Made by a program: the position numbers and the translations under genes. The notes under the pieces are model-generated. The model was not told the DNA's origin. It did no database searches and saw nothing but the letters and a program-made list of their open reading frames with translations. This document shows, one piece after another, positions 23,983-36,955 of a stretch of 64,000 bases of DNA. Positions within the stretch are counted from its first letter, which is position 1, and each line of letters opens with the position of its first letter. Source of the stretch: Mobula hypostoma (Eukaryota); contig NC_086106.1 of the NCBI RefSeq assembly GCF_963921235.1, positions 23,746,001 to 23,810,000 on the forward strand, in the 5' to 3' direction.

Positions 23983-24829
23983 ATGCTGTCCCAATTTATA
24001 TATACGATCCCCATTGCAGCAGCGTTCCTGGCGGGTAAGTTTCTGGAGTTTCGAACATTATGATTCTCATGAGTGCAGAGAAGGATAATTTATTAGTCAA
24101 TACCTGGAATCTAATGTTAACAAAAACGGGGAAATATGTCCCCGTTCTCCTGTAACTGACATTAAAATGTTTGAGGGGAGATTCCAGGTCAAACACAGTT
24201 GAGCCCTTTGTTGCCTCCAATGGTGAAATGCAACGCTTTTTATTTTGTCCCCCTCCCCCTCCCCCGCGGGACATATAATGGGAAACTGTGGACACTGATA
24301 GAAGAGTTTTGAAGGATTTTTTCTGTGCTTTTGATCTCTTCTTTTAAACAAATTAAATTTATTTTTCTCTGGAACCATCCCAGAATTCTCTGCAGAACGA
24401 ATATTTCGATTCGACAACCTTCGAGCCCCAACTCAGGTCACTACCAGAGGTCAATGTGCGATAGAAATGGTGTGCGCACAGCAGGATGGTGTTGTTTAAT
24501 TGAAATATCTTTCGGATTCTTTCAGGCCATTGTCGAGGCGATGCCGTTTTTCAAACACCTACATCCACAGTAACTGAAGGCGGTGAAGCAACGTTGAACT
24601 GTAACTATAATACTACAAGCACTGTTCAATTTTCATTACAATGGTACCGTCAGTATCCCGGCGGAACTCTGGAGCACCTGTTGCTCAGGACGAAATACGA
24701 CGCTAACCCAAGGAAGACCCCAGGACAACGCTTCGCAGCACAGCTGGATGATTCGAGGAAATCGGTACCACTTACTGTGTCTGAAGCGCAGCTAGGAGAC
24801 GAGGCTCTGTACTTCTGCGCACTGAGACC
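23983..24829 (+). CDS. TRAV/TRDV: TCR alpha/delta V gene segment V3 (leader 23983-24034, intron 24035-24525, V exon 24526-24829), intact, duplicate of V2
   Basis: Leader MLSQFIYTIPIAAAFLA-G/gtaagt. The V exon reads GHCRG|DAVFQTPTSTVTEGGEATLNCNYNTTSTVQFSLQWYRQ..YFCALR with an open frame. Confidence 0.92.
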
Positions 24830-24868
24830 CACAACGGCACAAACTTAACCTGCGTCTGTACAAAAACT
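24830..24868 (+). other. 23-RSS of V3: CACAACG-23 bp-ACAAAAACT
   Basis: Heptamer 24830-24836, spacer 24837-24859, nonamer 24860-24868. Confidence 0.92.
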
Positions 24869-26912
24869 GCTTGATCTCCCTGAAGCCATCTGTGTGTAAA
24901 CGCGATTTAGTCTGCAACTGCAAATATAGCAGATTTCTGCAATTATGACAATGCCAATATATTATATAGCAGTACTATTCAATCTTAACTATTCTGGTCC
25001 AATCCGATTAAACAGTTTTGTACTGGATCTGCTCTCGTGCCCATTCGAAAAGATATTTCAAGAGCAGTTATGTACACAGAATCCCTCATTGTTTTACCTG
25101 TTTCTTGTATTAACTATTTTCTGCTGTAATATTGTCGATGCAGGTGAAACGTTAAATCAGCCTAAATGCTCTGGCAATGGTGACAGGAAATGCATCGACT
25201 TCGATTAGGTGAACAGATGATTGTTTGTTTGTTTGTTTGCTTGTTTTTTACAAACAGTAAACTTTTGAACAAACATTCCTGTTCCCCGTCACGGATTCTG
25301 AATAGTAAACAAAAAAAAAAAAAAAGTAGCATTCAAAATACGCACTTCCTTAAAAGCGCCTGCCGAGTATACCTTTGTTCGACACGGCGGATTTAACGTA
25401 TGGAATAAAACGTTGAACTTGAGTGGGTCGTAGACATTGTAAGCACACAGGCTAGGTCAACGGCGATCACCAATTTCGGTGTTATATTTTGGAGAAGTTT
25501 AATGAATGAGTATTTATGCAATACGGCTCGTAGGATTCATGTTCTAAGCTGTTTTCCCCGAGGCAACACAGTTTCATTGTTATGTGTGCAGGCGCAATAA
25601 AGTGCGAGCTTCGATTATTCACGAGTTGCGTTGTGAATCTCCCCACCAATCCGCTGACGAACGGTGAACACCTTCCCAAGCATTATGTGCGACTTTGACT
25701 TAATCAGACAAGGGGAGAGCACGGAACTTGCAAATGCTATGTTACATACACAAAGTATAAGAGACAGGATATCACGGAAATGTTCAATCAGCAATGCAGC
25801 TGCACCTTCTAAGTTAACCAATTCGAAAGGCAGCGCCTTTGACAATTAGAATATGGCACGTCCACACAGGACGGCAGTACCTGAACACTTGCTGTGGGAG
25901 GGATATTTTATCCTGTATATGTTGTTGTGTGGATATCTCCCATTTTTCCAATCTTTATTATCGATTAAAAGTTATTTAATATCCCGAGATTTAGTTTATT
26001 TGCTATTTATGCACATTTATTTCATTCTGATCTATACATCATCCCGCTTATATTGAGAACCTGGAAATTAATATTGCAGGAGTATGAGTCCGCTCTCAGT
26101 AGCGACAAGTATCTGAATACAGAGGTACCGGAATATTACCGATTTTAACTCGCAGTTAACTGCATCAACCCAGTATGAAGATGAGGTATTTTGAAAGCAC
26201 AGCATAGTTTTTGAATAAATCGGACCAGCTGAAAGCTCATGCTTACTGAATTAATTGTGTGACTCCACACACGGCTTGTATAGAAAACAATGTGTTTTAG
26301 ATATATGATTCTGAGTAACTGACGGTTAAATATATCTGACTGGGTATGAGCTCGCAGCATCAAATTTCGAAGGTGGCTAAATTCAGATTAATAATTAAAG
26401 TGGCCTTCCTATGTTAGCAGAAGTCATAGTGTAGTCGAATACGCGTTGTAAAAAGAATAGGGCAGACGTATTACAAGCAGAAGCGGAAAGACCTGCAACA
26501 TAACAGTGAATCAATAGAATAATTAGACACATGCCGATCAAGGAAAAATCATTACGCTGCAGCCCCCTGGCTTCTGAGCGTTAACGAAAAACTTCACTCA
26601 CCTTAGTCCTGCGCTGTCTGCACAGTCGACAGACTCGCTTTCATGATAAGTTGTGCTCCAAGAATTTCCTATTTTTTTATTTTCCCATCCTATAATCCTT
26701 TATGTGTTCATCCTGTAATCCTTTACTTCCCTGCCTATAATTTCGCATATTGCAATTAGTATATTTTATTTTATTTATTTCTGTACTGGCTGTCATTCAA
26801 TAAATATAAAGGTAGTATATGATGACCTATCGGTACTTTGATATCAAATATACTTTTCACATAACAGTTGGAACAACTAGGAGCATGCCGAACACTTACT
26901 CAGTGCAATATA

Positions 26913-28024
26913 CCATGCCGTGAAAACGCTTGGCCACCCCGGTCAAAATTTCGGTTACTGTGAACAGCTAACCTAGCACAAGATGCCCTGATTTCCAAAA
27001 GGCATAAAGGTAATGATCGCCCATTTCTGTAATATTTTAAGCAAGATTACTTTTTTATTTTCCATTTTTTTACAGTTTCCAAATAACAGAAAAGGAAGAG
27101 GGGGCGAAGCAAAGGTTTGGGAACACTGCATGGTCAGTACTTAGTCTCATGGTCTGTGCTCATTGCGGACAAATTGTTCTACTTGAACTCCATCAGTCCA
27201 CATAACTTGTTTCCAAAATGCTTCAGGCTTGTTCAGATGTTTGTTTTCAAACTTCTGATGCTGAATTTTCTGATGGGGAGGCAGCAAAGATTTTCTTCTG
27301 ATGACTCTTCCATTAAGGTCATATTTGGTCAGGTGCCGCTGCACAGTAGAAGAGTGCACCACCACTTCAGAGTCTGCTAAATCTTCCTGAAGGTCCTTTG
27401 CAGTCAAACGGTAGTTTTGATTTGCCTTTCTAGCAATCCTACGAGCCATTCGCCAGGGAGAAAAAATAATCTCGGACTTCCAGACCTCAACACGACCTCC
27501 ACAGTTCTCTTAACTCTAATGTGTTAAGTACATTACGAACTGAGGAAACGTCTACCTGAAAACGCTTTGCTATCTTCATACAGCCATCTCCTGCTTTGTG
27601 GGCATCAATTATTTTAATTTTCAGAGTGCTAGGCAGCTGCTTAGAGTAGCCATTGACTGCTGATTGTTGGGACAAGGTTAGAGGAGTCATCAGTTTATAA
27701 AGCTTTGAAGTTTGCATTACGTTGCCTTTTCTAACGATGATTGTGAACAAATCATTGCCCTAGCATGCTAATTAATGCCTAAGACCTAAGTTATCTGAGA
27801 GCTCAAATCTCTTAGGGTGCCCAAACGTTTGCATGGTGTTCCTTTCCTTCTTTTCTCTATCTCCAAAATTGTAAACAGCAAAAATAATGCTTGTTTAAAA
27901 TGTTCAAAAAAATGTTGCATCTTTAACTTTATGACTTTTGGAAATTAGTTCATCTTCTGCTCATTTAACTATTCACAGTAGCATACAATTTCCCCAGGGG
28001 TGCCCGAACTTTTGCATACAACTG
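26913..28024 (-). mobile_element. Tc1 transposon, copy B, with an extra ~0.5 kb internal deletion
   Basis: Same TIRs and TA ends as 11522-13156. The sequence jumps at ~27146 and loses the C-terminal catalytic region. Confidence 0.88.
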
Positions 28025-29087
28025 TATCTCAGAATTTTACTGTCTAACTGCAGTCAACATCAGGAAGCCTTGAAACTGCGAATAGGAAATAGTTGTCGGA
28101 TTTGGGATCAGCGATATCAAACGTAGAGGTCGTGGTATCTGTTGCTTTCAAAGAGGGTTGAAACTTGGCAATCATCAATCTCGTAATGGTCGGAAACCTA
28201 GTTGAATGGAAGTGACCAAGGTAAATTGATGGACCTTTGAATGGTCAGTGAAGGAATGAACTTGAAGAAGTGCACATAGCAGAAGATCAGTCGTATGGTA
28301 AAGAAAAACAAGCATAAAAAGCAAACAATAAAAATGCGCCCACGGATTCAGATGAAAGCGCACACAATAGGCACAATAAATCTTGACCAATACACGGAAA
28401 GTCATAGATAATTTAACATGACAGGGAGGATCTCTGTAGGGGAAGGAATTTCGACGTTCCAGATCGAAAGGCTTCAACAAGTCTGCAAAGACGAGACGTA
28501 AAATGGCATAAGCAGCTTGGTAGTTGAGCGGACTGCACACCTGCAGTCGATGGATTTGAAAATGTGAGGGAACGTCACATATGAAAGGGCATGACTGGAA
28601 AGAGCAGCAGAGTGAATAAGAGAGTCGAGAACCATATGCTTGTGACAGATAGTTCATGTTTTGTAGAAGGAAAGATAAGTGGTGAGCGGACCATCAGGTT
28701 GTAGAAAGAATAAAGCTGAAGGTAGCAATGTGACGCGGTCACCAGTAGAAATTGATGTTTACAGCTGTCTCCAAAGATATCCATCAGTCATGTTCCGATC
28801 GCCAGATGAGGATCAGAAATTAACAAGTTTATGGGAAATTTCAGACTTCTAAAAAGAAACTAATAACTTTAAAAAAATATGCGCGACTGTGAAGCTGCCT
28901 CCACAAAACATCTGTGCGAAATAAGGCAGGTCATCAATGCAACAATCGAACGTCAGGTAGATTCAGGAAATCCATCCCATCGCTTCGGGAAGTGGAGTTA
29001 TGGTTTTACACGTTGCATTGGTCCCTGAAAGTGCGTCATTAAAGTGTGACTTGCTGACTGGTGATGTAACCATTTCCAGAATGCCAT

Positions 29088-29215
29088 CACGAGGAAATCT
29101 GCAGATGCTGCAATTTCATGCAACACTTATAAATGTTTGCTGGTGAACGCAACAGGCCAGGCAGCATCTCTGGGAAGAGGTACAGTCGATGTTTAGGGTT
29201 GAGACCCTTCGTCAG
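29088..29215 (-). repeat. Penelope-like terminal fragment, copy B
   Basis: Paralog of 13708-13838. The minus strand reads CTGACGAAGGGTCTCAACCCTAAAC, with GAAA mutated. Confidence 0.55.
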
Positions 29216-31645
29216 AATGTCATGAATGTTTTAATTAGGGTGGGGGGCAGAGGGTTTGTCAGAAAGACTTTGGCACAACTTCACGCCCTGTTCCCTCAGG
29301 AAACAGACATGATAAATGTTGGTCCTCAGTCGAGTTGCTGTCTGTACAATGTTTGCCATCAGTCCCATTTAGCGTTGTGTTGAATCGGAGTTTAATTGTT
29401 TTTCATTCGCCACTTAAAACTGTACGTCAAATGAAAATGAATAGTGTGAATGGATAAACGAGAACTGAGTTGTTTGTCTACACGCGCCGTGTTAAAATAG
29501 GGGAAAATGAAACTATTGTCTTCTATTCGCTATTCGTTTTCAGCAATATTGTCAATATATCGATATTTTCCAGCGCATGTTGATGAGCAGAAGAGTTTCA
29601 TTGTTGTTGTTTTTTTTTTATGTTCTACAAGTCCCGAGACGTGAATCGTTTTAGCCACTCTGGAGTACAATGAAATCTTAGTATTGATGCTTAATTAGTG
29701 ATTCGTCTTCTGGAGGATCCTTTCAGATCTCTTTCCTTCATTGAAAATCCATTCCAATTAATCAATGCACCTCGTAGGTTTAACTCCAGACGACTCATAA
29801 TTTACAATCCCAATCAACTTTCTAAACGATACAACTTTGAACTCTGGGTTGGAAGCAGAAGCGTCCGCAGAATGCCGACGCATTCCATGGGGAACACGTG
29901 GTGATAATTTACAGTTGACCTGGGAAATAAACTCCGTAGCCTGAGGCCCCGAGCTGTAAAACTGTCGTTTATAAGCAACGCTGTTGTGGGCGTCTGAACA
30001 ACGGAGACTCAGACGATAACGGCACAGATACAAGGGCAGTAGGGCCGTGTGAGCCGTACCAAACTTTTAATCTTACCGGTCAATCGATATATATCTGGAC
30101 CATATATTTTTCCAGTCTTCTATAAAACGCTAAAATAGAGACCTCTTTGTGAAGATATCGCATATTTCTGGAAATACAGTAATGCCCCAGCGGGATAGAC
30201 AATGACGTTATGCATTGTTGCCTGATTTTCTAATACAAGATAGAAAATAGGTTAATGTGGCGCAAGTATCTACTCCCCTCTTGTGACTTCATTCCAATGT
30301 AGTAGTTGTGGGAAGAATGAGGTTCCTTTGGATGTGATATGCATAGCAAACTCAACGGAACCTCATGCGTTCTATACTGTATATGGCGATCACAAAACAA
30401 AAAGAATGCTTTTAACATCTGTTGCTTTAGGCATGAGATATCTGAAGACCTTGTTTTATTTGCCACTCTGTTCATCTTACCCGGCAACTGAAGACCGGTA
30501 ATTCGCAATCCACAATAAGACATGCGTATATTTGCCTGCCGTCAGGTCGACGGTCTCAACAAGCACAATCACATAAGTACCAGTATATTCAGTCTGCTCT
30601 TCCGGGATTGGCATCAGCAGTGAAACCTCTGTTCCACCGGGTAACAAGATGACAAGGGAGATCAATGAATTCGTATTATTTCACAGTTCGCGATATTCCT
30701 GTCATGTCCTCGACATGTCAGTGGCTCTGTACGTCTTTGAAATATTTCCTATGCAGTCTGAGCAGGGAAGTGGGAAACCAGTTGGTACATTGATAACTTT
30801 ATTGTAGACAAGTGCAGAAAAACAAAATAGAGAACTAATGAGATAAGGTCATATTTTTAAACTGACAGGGCGCAGACTACGCAAGATTCTAATTGTACTT
30901 TTGTTCTGAGCTATGAGTTTTGACGTAGCTCACGACAGTTTGCATTCAATCTAGAGACCAAATTGCAGTAGTTGCATTTTCAGAGCCACATGAATGAAGC
31001 AATAATCAAATATTGTGCCTTGTGTTCCCTTCAGTCCAATAAAGAGGTGTACGTCTTATCATTGGTCCAACAATTTACTTATACGGCATTGTAAACCAAG
31101 CATGGGAATTTCTGTTGAAAAGCCAGGTTAGTCTTAACTACAGAATTACAAAATATTGCATATGAATTAGTCTGTCCTATCTGTTGAGGCAAGTTCGCAC
31201 GCACCAATGAGATACACGTTTTTTTTTTGCATGACAATATTGCGATACATGCAATCAGATTAGCAATGAAACATTCGCAAACATATGTCAACATTTCGTC
31301 AGCTCCCTTTGCTATGCAAAAGGACAAAGTCGGAATGATGTTTTGGCATGTTGTTAGATAATATGAGCGACAGCTTACTGTTCATTGTTAACCATTGCTT
31401 GAAACAGTACGTTGAACGTACGCCGATCTAAACTTTCAGTTTTGTTTTGCATTTCCCGCTGGTATCCATCGGGATTACGCCCTCTGATCAAGCACCTTTC
31501 CACAAAGTTTTGGCACTCAGTCGTTCAGATCACCGGACCCGTTACACTCATAGAGTGAGGTTCGTTGCACTGCGTTGAATTCTTTGCTGTCATTGATGCC
31601 TACGTGTGTCGCTTCCTGACATCAAGTGGTATTAAAGAAGGTATT

Positions 31646-33001
31646 TGTCATGGTCCGGTCCGTAAAGTCCGCGTTCCGACTCTCGGTCAGGTCCGTGGAC
31701 ACGGGACTCCAGGTCTTCCGGTTGTCCCTCGCTTCAGCTGGGCTTAATCATAGGAACATGATGCTCGACTTGGGGCTTGGAATATACGTGGCCCTGGGTT
31801 CGAGTGTGGTTGCAGATTCTTCTCGACAGTATCTCGTCCTCGTCTCTGCAGGGTAAGTTAGGCCGTCTTTATCGTTACCCTGCGATTGTATCTCTTCCTT
31901 CCCGTCATTGCCTCCGTTGTGTAAGCCAGGTACTCTTTGTCTTTACCCTGAATCTGGACTGTTCCCTTCCCTCCCCGTGCCTTCCGAAGCCTTCAGTGCA
32001 ACCCGTATCTGGAGCCCTGCCAGCAATCTGGTCAAGTTCAGCCACCGGAATGAGACCGGAGCCTTGTTCTATCAAGAAAAGGAACTAAATGTCTGGCCGT
32101 CTGCGGCTACCTAGTTTTCGGAACTGTGTCCACGCCTTCGCTACGTAGTTCATGGGGTTTGCCGCTTCCTTGTGTGGGGAACCATCTCGCCGTGTCTGCA
32201 TTCTGTGTAGACCTCCAGCCTCATGTCCTCTTCCCAAGATGGGTTCCCGGCTCTGTGTTCCATGCACCTGTGTTCCTTTCTCTCAAGTCCAAGGCTCCGT
32301 GCTGCCGTGCTCATAAACAAGGCTCCGTTTTCTTCGTTCCTGTCGTCCCAAGTCCAAGGTTCCGAGGTTACTGTCTTCCCAAGTCCAAGGCTCTGCTGTT
32401 CCTGAGTACCAAGTCAAGGCCTTATGTTTTCGTCCTGTCCATTTGCCTCATCCTGTCCATGTGCCGCGCCCTGTCCAGGAGTTCCATCGTCCTGCCCAGG
32501 TGTCTCTCGTAGTGTCCTGTAGCCTCGTCTAGTCCTGTCTCCTAAGACCACGTCATCCCTTCGCTAGTTCCGGAGTCCGAGCACTAGTCAAAACCCAGGT
32601 TATTGGTCCTTGTCCTGTCTCTGGCTCGGAGTCCGAACCCAAGCCTCGTCATGTCCTCGCCTCGAAGATCCCAAGCCATGACGAAACCAAGCCATGAGGA
32701 ACCCCAGCCATGAAACAAAATAATGAAGCTATGTCCAGTTCTATAGCTACATCATGTCCTCGCCTAGTTCGGGTGTCCGAGCCGGATTCAAGTCCCAGGT
32801 TCTGGGCCCATATACAGCATTTGGCTCGTGATCCAAGCCCAGGCTCCTACTTCTCAGTTCCTTGTCCTGGTCCCACTTGCCTAGACAATGTCCAAGCTCA
32901 AGTTAATGTTCTTGTCCCAGTTCTCTAGTCAAGTCCTGTTCCTAGTACTTCAGTCTCTGTGCCTTGCATTTGGGCCCGCTCCCAGCTTCCCCGCTATGAC
33001 A
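31646..33001. mobile_element. Solo LTR, copy B
   Basis: TGTCA...TGACA with a perfect 5-bp TSD GTATT (31641-45 and 33002-06). Confidence 0.88.
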
Positions 33002-33669
33002 GTATTAATCCTCGACAGACTTCAGACCGCCGCTCGTATTATGAAAACATGAAAAAAAACTGTAGAACTATGTTATACCACGACACTTTATTATTTCACG
33101 TCTCAATAAACTTCCCATTAACAACCGAGGCTGCTGAATGTGCGAGGAATAAGAATATTAATGTGATTACAACATTTTTTAAAATGTTGTTTTGTTAGTA
33201 TTGCAGCGCGAAGACAGCGAAGTGCAGACACTTCAGCGTTACAACACTTGAAATCAGATAGCTGTTTATTAACGTAATTGAAATATCCATGGTTGGAGTA
33301 CAATGAATCTACATAAATATTTCATAAGTCTGTTATATACAACGTGACAGCAACTCTGAAATGTCTATCTACCAAGAGCGTCGAATTTAACAAATCCGCC
33401 GACACTTGTGGTTATGTTGTGGCAGGAAGAAAGCAGGACAGCTGGGATATGATGTCTCTGCATAAAGCGATTCACAGGGCTGAGTGCAAGCGACTTGTTG
33501 CTTAATCGCGAAGCCATCGCACACATTGTCGAAATATCTAATGATTTCGCTTTTTCAGTGTAGTGTTCTCGTGCAGTGTGTTGAAGCTCTGACTAAGCTC
33601 CAAGTTAAACCGAACGCAGTGAAGACAGAGTCGTCGTAAGGTTAACCATTTACTGTTCCACATTAGCGT

Positions 33670-36600
33670 TGTATGGTGAAAATACAAACATATCCAGCTT
33701 CTGTTTTATTCTGGAGAATACGTGCGCTCTGTTCTTTTAGCGAGTGTATCCAGCCGCCCCGAGTAGACAGTAAAGGGGGTCCCGTCAAATCACCGCCGGG
33801 CCCGAGCCCACCGCGCGTTGTTTCGTTGTGGGTAGATATGGAGTCCTCACGATCATGCTGCAAGCATTGAAACCACCGTAACACCTTCCCGAACCAGAGG
33901 TTACACAGAAGACGCGGCGAAGCCGGGGGTGACGTCATCACATGCCGCATTTCCACAGAAAATGAATTTACCTTTCTTATACTGTAACTTAATTATCAAC
34001 CTTTACCATTAACTAGAACATAGTTACAAACAAATCATTTAAAGCATAGACCCAACAATGTCAAATTAATGCCTTAAGGACAATACACATCCCGCCTGAC
34101 CTTTGTAAGGTCACTATAAACATGGTATAGAAGTTTAGTCTCTAGGTCAGTCTTTAGGTAGAAGTAGAACAACCTCTGTAACTGGTCTCAGGTTTCCTTT
34201 TCAGGGTTAGTTGTAAAGATGTGAACCGGTTGACTGCCGGCTCTTTGTTGTTTGGGGAGCGCTAGCATGGTTCTCTGAACGGTAGTGGGACGACCTTGTT
34301 GTTCGCTTCGTCTCTAGTCTTCTTTGTGTTCATTCCTTCTGAGGAGATGGCGTTTTCCACAGATGGAACAAGTTTATTATCGTGCTTAGTGTGAGCGAAG
34401 ACTGACTGTCCCAGTGTCTTCTCAGTTACTGTACAATGCTCGTGCCTTTGTTGTGCTTCCTTGATACACTTAACACTTGTATAAGGCTGTGAAATTGAAT
34501 GGCGACCACTTTCTAGCACGTTAATCTTAAGCGTGTTAACTGTCGGTTTGTGTACGTTCCAGGCCACACCGCTCGTATCACCACCCAGCCCAGATCCAGA
34601 CGTATGGGCGAAAGGGCGGTTGTGTGCTTCACTAATCTGCTGCCTAACTTTGTGCATCCTAAGTACGTCTCTTCCGAGTAACAAGAGTATTTCTGCTTCC
34701 AGATCCAGTTCCAGGATGTACTTGACAATGTGGTGGAGATGGGGCTGGTATAGAACTGCGCTTGGTATCAGAATCTCGGATCGGTCATTTAAAATCGGAT
34801 TACACTCTAAGCTTGAGGGGAGTCTGATGAGGACGTTGCCATCCAGCGACTCGAGCTGGAAGTCTTCTGCCTTCCTGCCATATGTTTCTGCGATAACAGA
34901 ATAAGTTCTGACGTAGAATGGGAATGGATTACCCTTTACGCTGAACAACTCGAAGAACTCTGTTCTCACCAGTGAGCGGTTGCTCTGGTCGTCCAAAATT
35001 ACATAGTCGTTGATGGCCTTGTTTTTTGCTCCATTACGGTTTAACTTAGTGAGGCAGATCTTTAAGCACGAACGGCTCGTACGACCCGAACGACCTGGAC
35101 TGCAAACTTCTGTGCAGCTCGAGCTGACAATAATTGTAACAGAGTGATGCTCTCATTCCCCGACATCGTCTTGTGGGAGCGGAGGAGCCTTGGCAGTTCC
35201 GGGTGACGGGCAGGGATGCCTGGCTTCATCGTGATTAGTGCTTTACATTCCGAGCACTTTACAGAGAACGTGCACTCTTTAGCGAGGTGGGATGTAGAGG
35301 AACAACACTTAAAACATTGTTTTTCCTTGAGAAAGGCCTTTCTTTCGTAAAGGGTTTGTTTTGGAACATTCTGCATTTTTGAGGGGGTGGGGTTTGTTGT
35401 GCAATGGACAATTCTTACTAGGCTCATCGTTGTTTGCAGAGACTTCGGTTTTATGCACTGAGAATGGTTTATTGATCACAACATTGTTCGAAATGGGTTT
35501 GACTGGGTTGGTGTGCATTGGGGTGCTGCCTTGATTCATGAAGCTCGGGTCGTTTCGACTCTTCGCCTCCTTGCATACAAACCTACCAAAATACTCAAAG
35601 AGAGGAAATCGACCACCATTCTTTTCCGTGTACTCTGAGACAACAGACACCCGCCTTTCCTGCAGCCCAAATGGAAGGTTGTCCACAATTGCTCCAACTC
35701 TCTGTGAGGTATCCAGATAACAAAAGTCAGTTCAATAGCCGTCTTCATTAGCACCTTCTATGCCCATCAGTGAATCTCCGAGTTCTCGTATTTAGTGTGG
35801 TCCTTGGCTAACACCTAGGAAAATTTTCCAGCCGTTCAAATATCGCCCTCTCAATAATTTCAGTGTCCGCATAGCACCCCCGGAATCTCTCCCATGCTTT
35901 CTGTAATGCTAGCTTGTGGTTGCTGACGTACACTGAGCGTGTGCATTTCACCAGTTCACTTGATTCCTTTCCAGCCATTTAGTCATAAGGTCCAACTCTT
36001 GGGTTGCTGTGATCGCCACTCCGCCGGTGCACTGGTGAAAGAGGAATACCACGCATGGTAATTTTCTGGCTTATCGTCAAATGGTACAGTCCTCAATTGA
36101 CGTGGTCTCGTCGAGCTAGGTACTGTACCAAGGGTTCTGCTGTAGGTGGCGTGCCAGCTGGGGGAATATGTTAGGGAACATATGACTGAGCGTGTACGTT
36201 CATGATGGGATTTGATGTGTTGACTACAGCCTTTGTCTCTCATCTCGCCGGATCTTCGAGATTTGTTTTCAGGAAGTATTCGTAGCCATCCCTTTCATAC
36301 CTGACTGTATGGCAAGGTTGCAATTGTGAGTTGTCTTCCCCAGATGTAAGTGATGCAACGAAGCTTCCTTGTGATTTTACATGAGATCGGACGGCAACAG
36401 GCAAGTATGGGGAGCGAGAATGAATCTGCAGGTCAATTTGAGATTGGACATATTCTTTGGTGCGTTCCAATTATTCCCTTTCCGACATAGATTTTACTGC
36501 TTCGTCTAGAACGTGCATTTCTTCAGCGTTTTCCAACACGTGTGCGTCCACCGTGGCCGCATCAGCTTCTCGTTGTAGCGGCAGCACCTCTAACTCCGTA

Positions 36601-36764
36601 TCTATCGTTGCCTTTACCAACTGGTTTTCCGCTTCTCCGGCAGGTTTTTCCATTTTCAGTTTTGCTTCTTGGTTTCCGTGAGACGTTCGCACCTTGGCGG
36701 CTTCTGCTTTAGCTCTTGCTAGGACAGCCACTCTTGCCGACGTCCTACTGCTCTTGGCGCTTAA
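33670..36764 (-). mobile_element. Deleted BEL/Pao element, copy 2 (gag, protease, 3' LTR 33670-34089; RT-RH-IN deleted)
   Basis: Gag fragments (ARAKAEAAK, LPFGLQER..FP.FEYF..FV.KEA..RNDPSF, CPLHNKPH, CFKCCSSTSHLAKEC), protease LDDQSNRSL..LLLGRD, and pre-RT LPNNKE.AVNRF.SL joined to the terminal RPVTEVVLLLPKD*. Confidence 0.87.
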
Positions 36765-36955
36765 TGCAAGCGACCTGATGCTTAATCGCGAAACCATCGT
36801 ACCAATTGTCGAAATATCTAATTATTTCGCTTTTTCACTGTAGTGTTCTCTTGCAGTGTGTGGAAACTCTGACTAAACACCAAGTTAAACCGGAGCCAAT
36901 GAAGACAGAGTCGTGGTAACGTTAATCATTTACTGTTCGCTCTTCAGATTAACAT

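Larger units (their letters stand above)
19819..35075 (+). repeat. Tandem segmental duplication, copy B
   Basis: Starts where BEL copy 1 breaks off (gcacgaa|tagtaaccttcc, matching 4449-4462). It carries the same order of elements as copy A. Confidence 0.92.

Noticed and set aside
28175-28657. 160-aa minus-strand ORF in a segment absent from copy A
   Set aside because: No recognisable motif. The segment was simply deleted in copy A at a TGAA microhomology.
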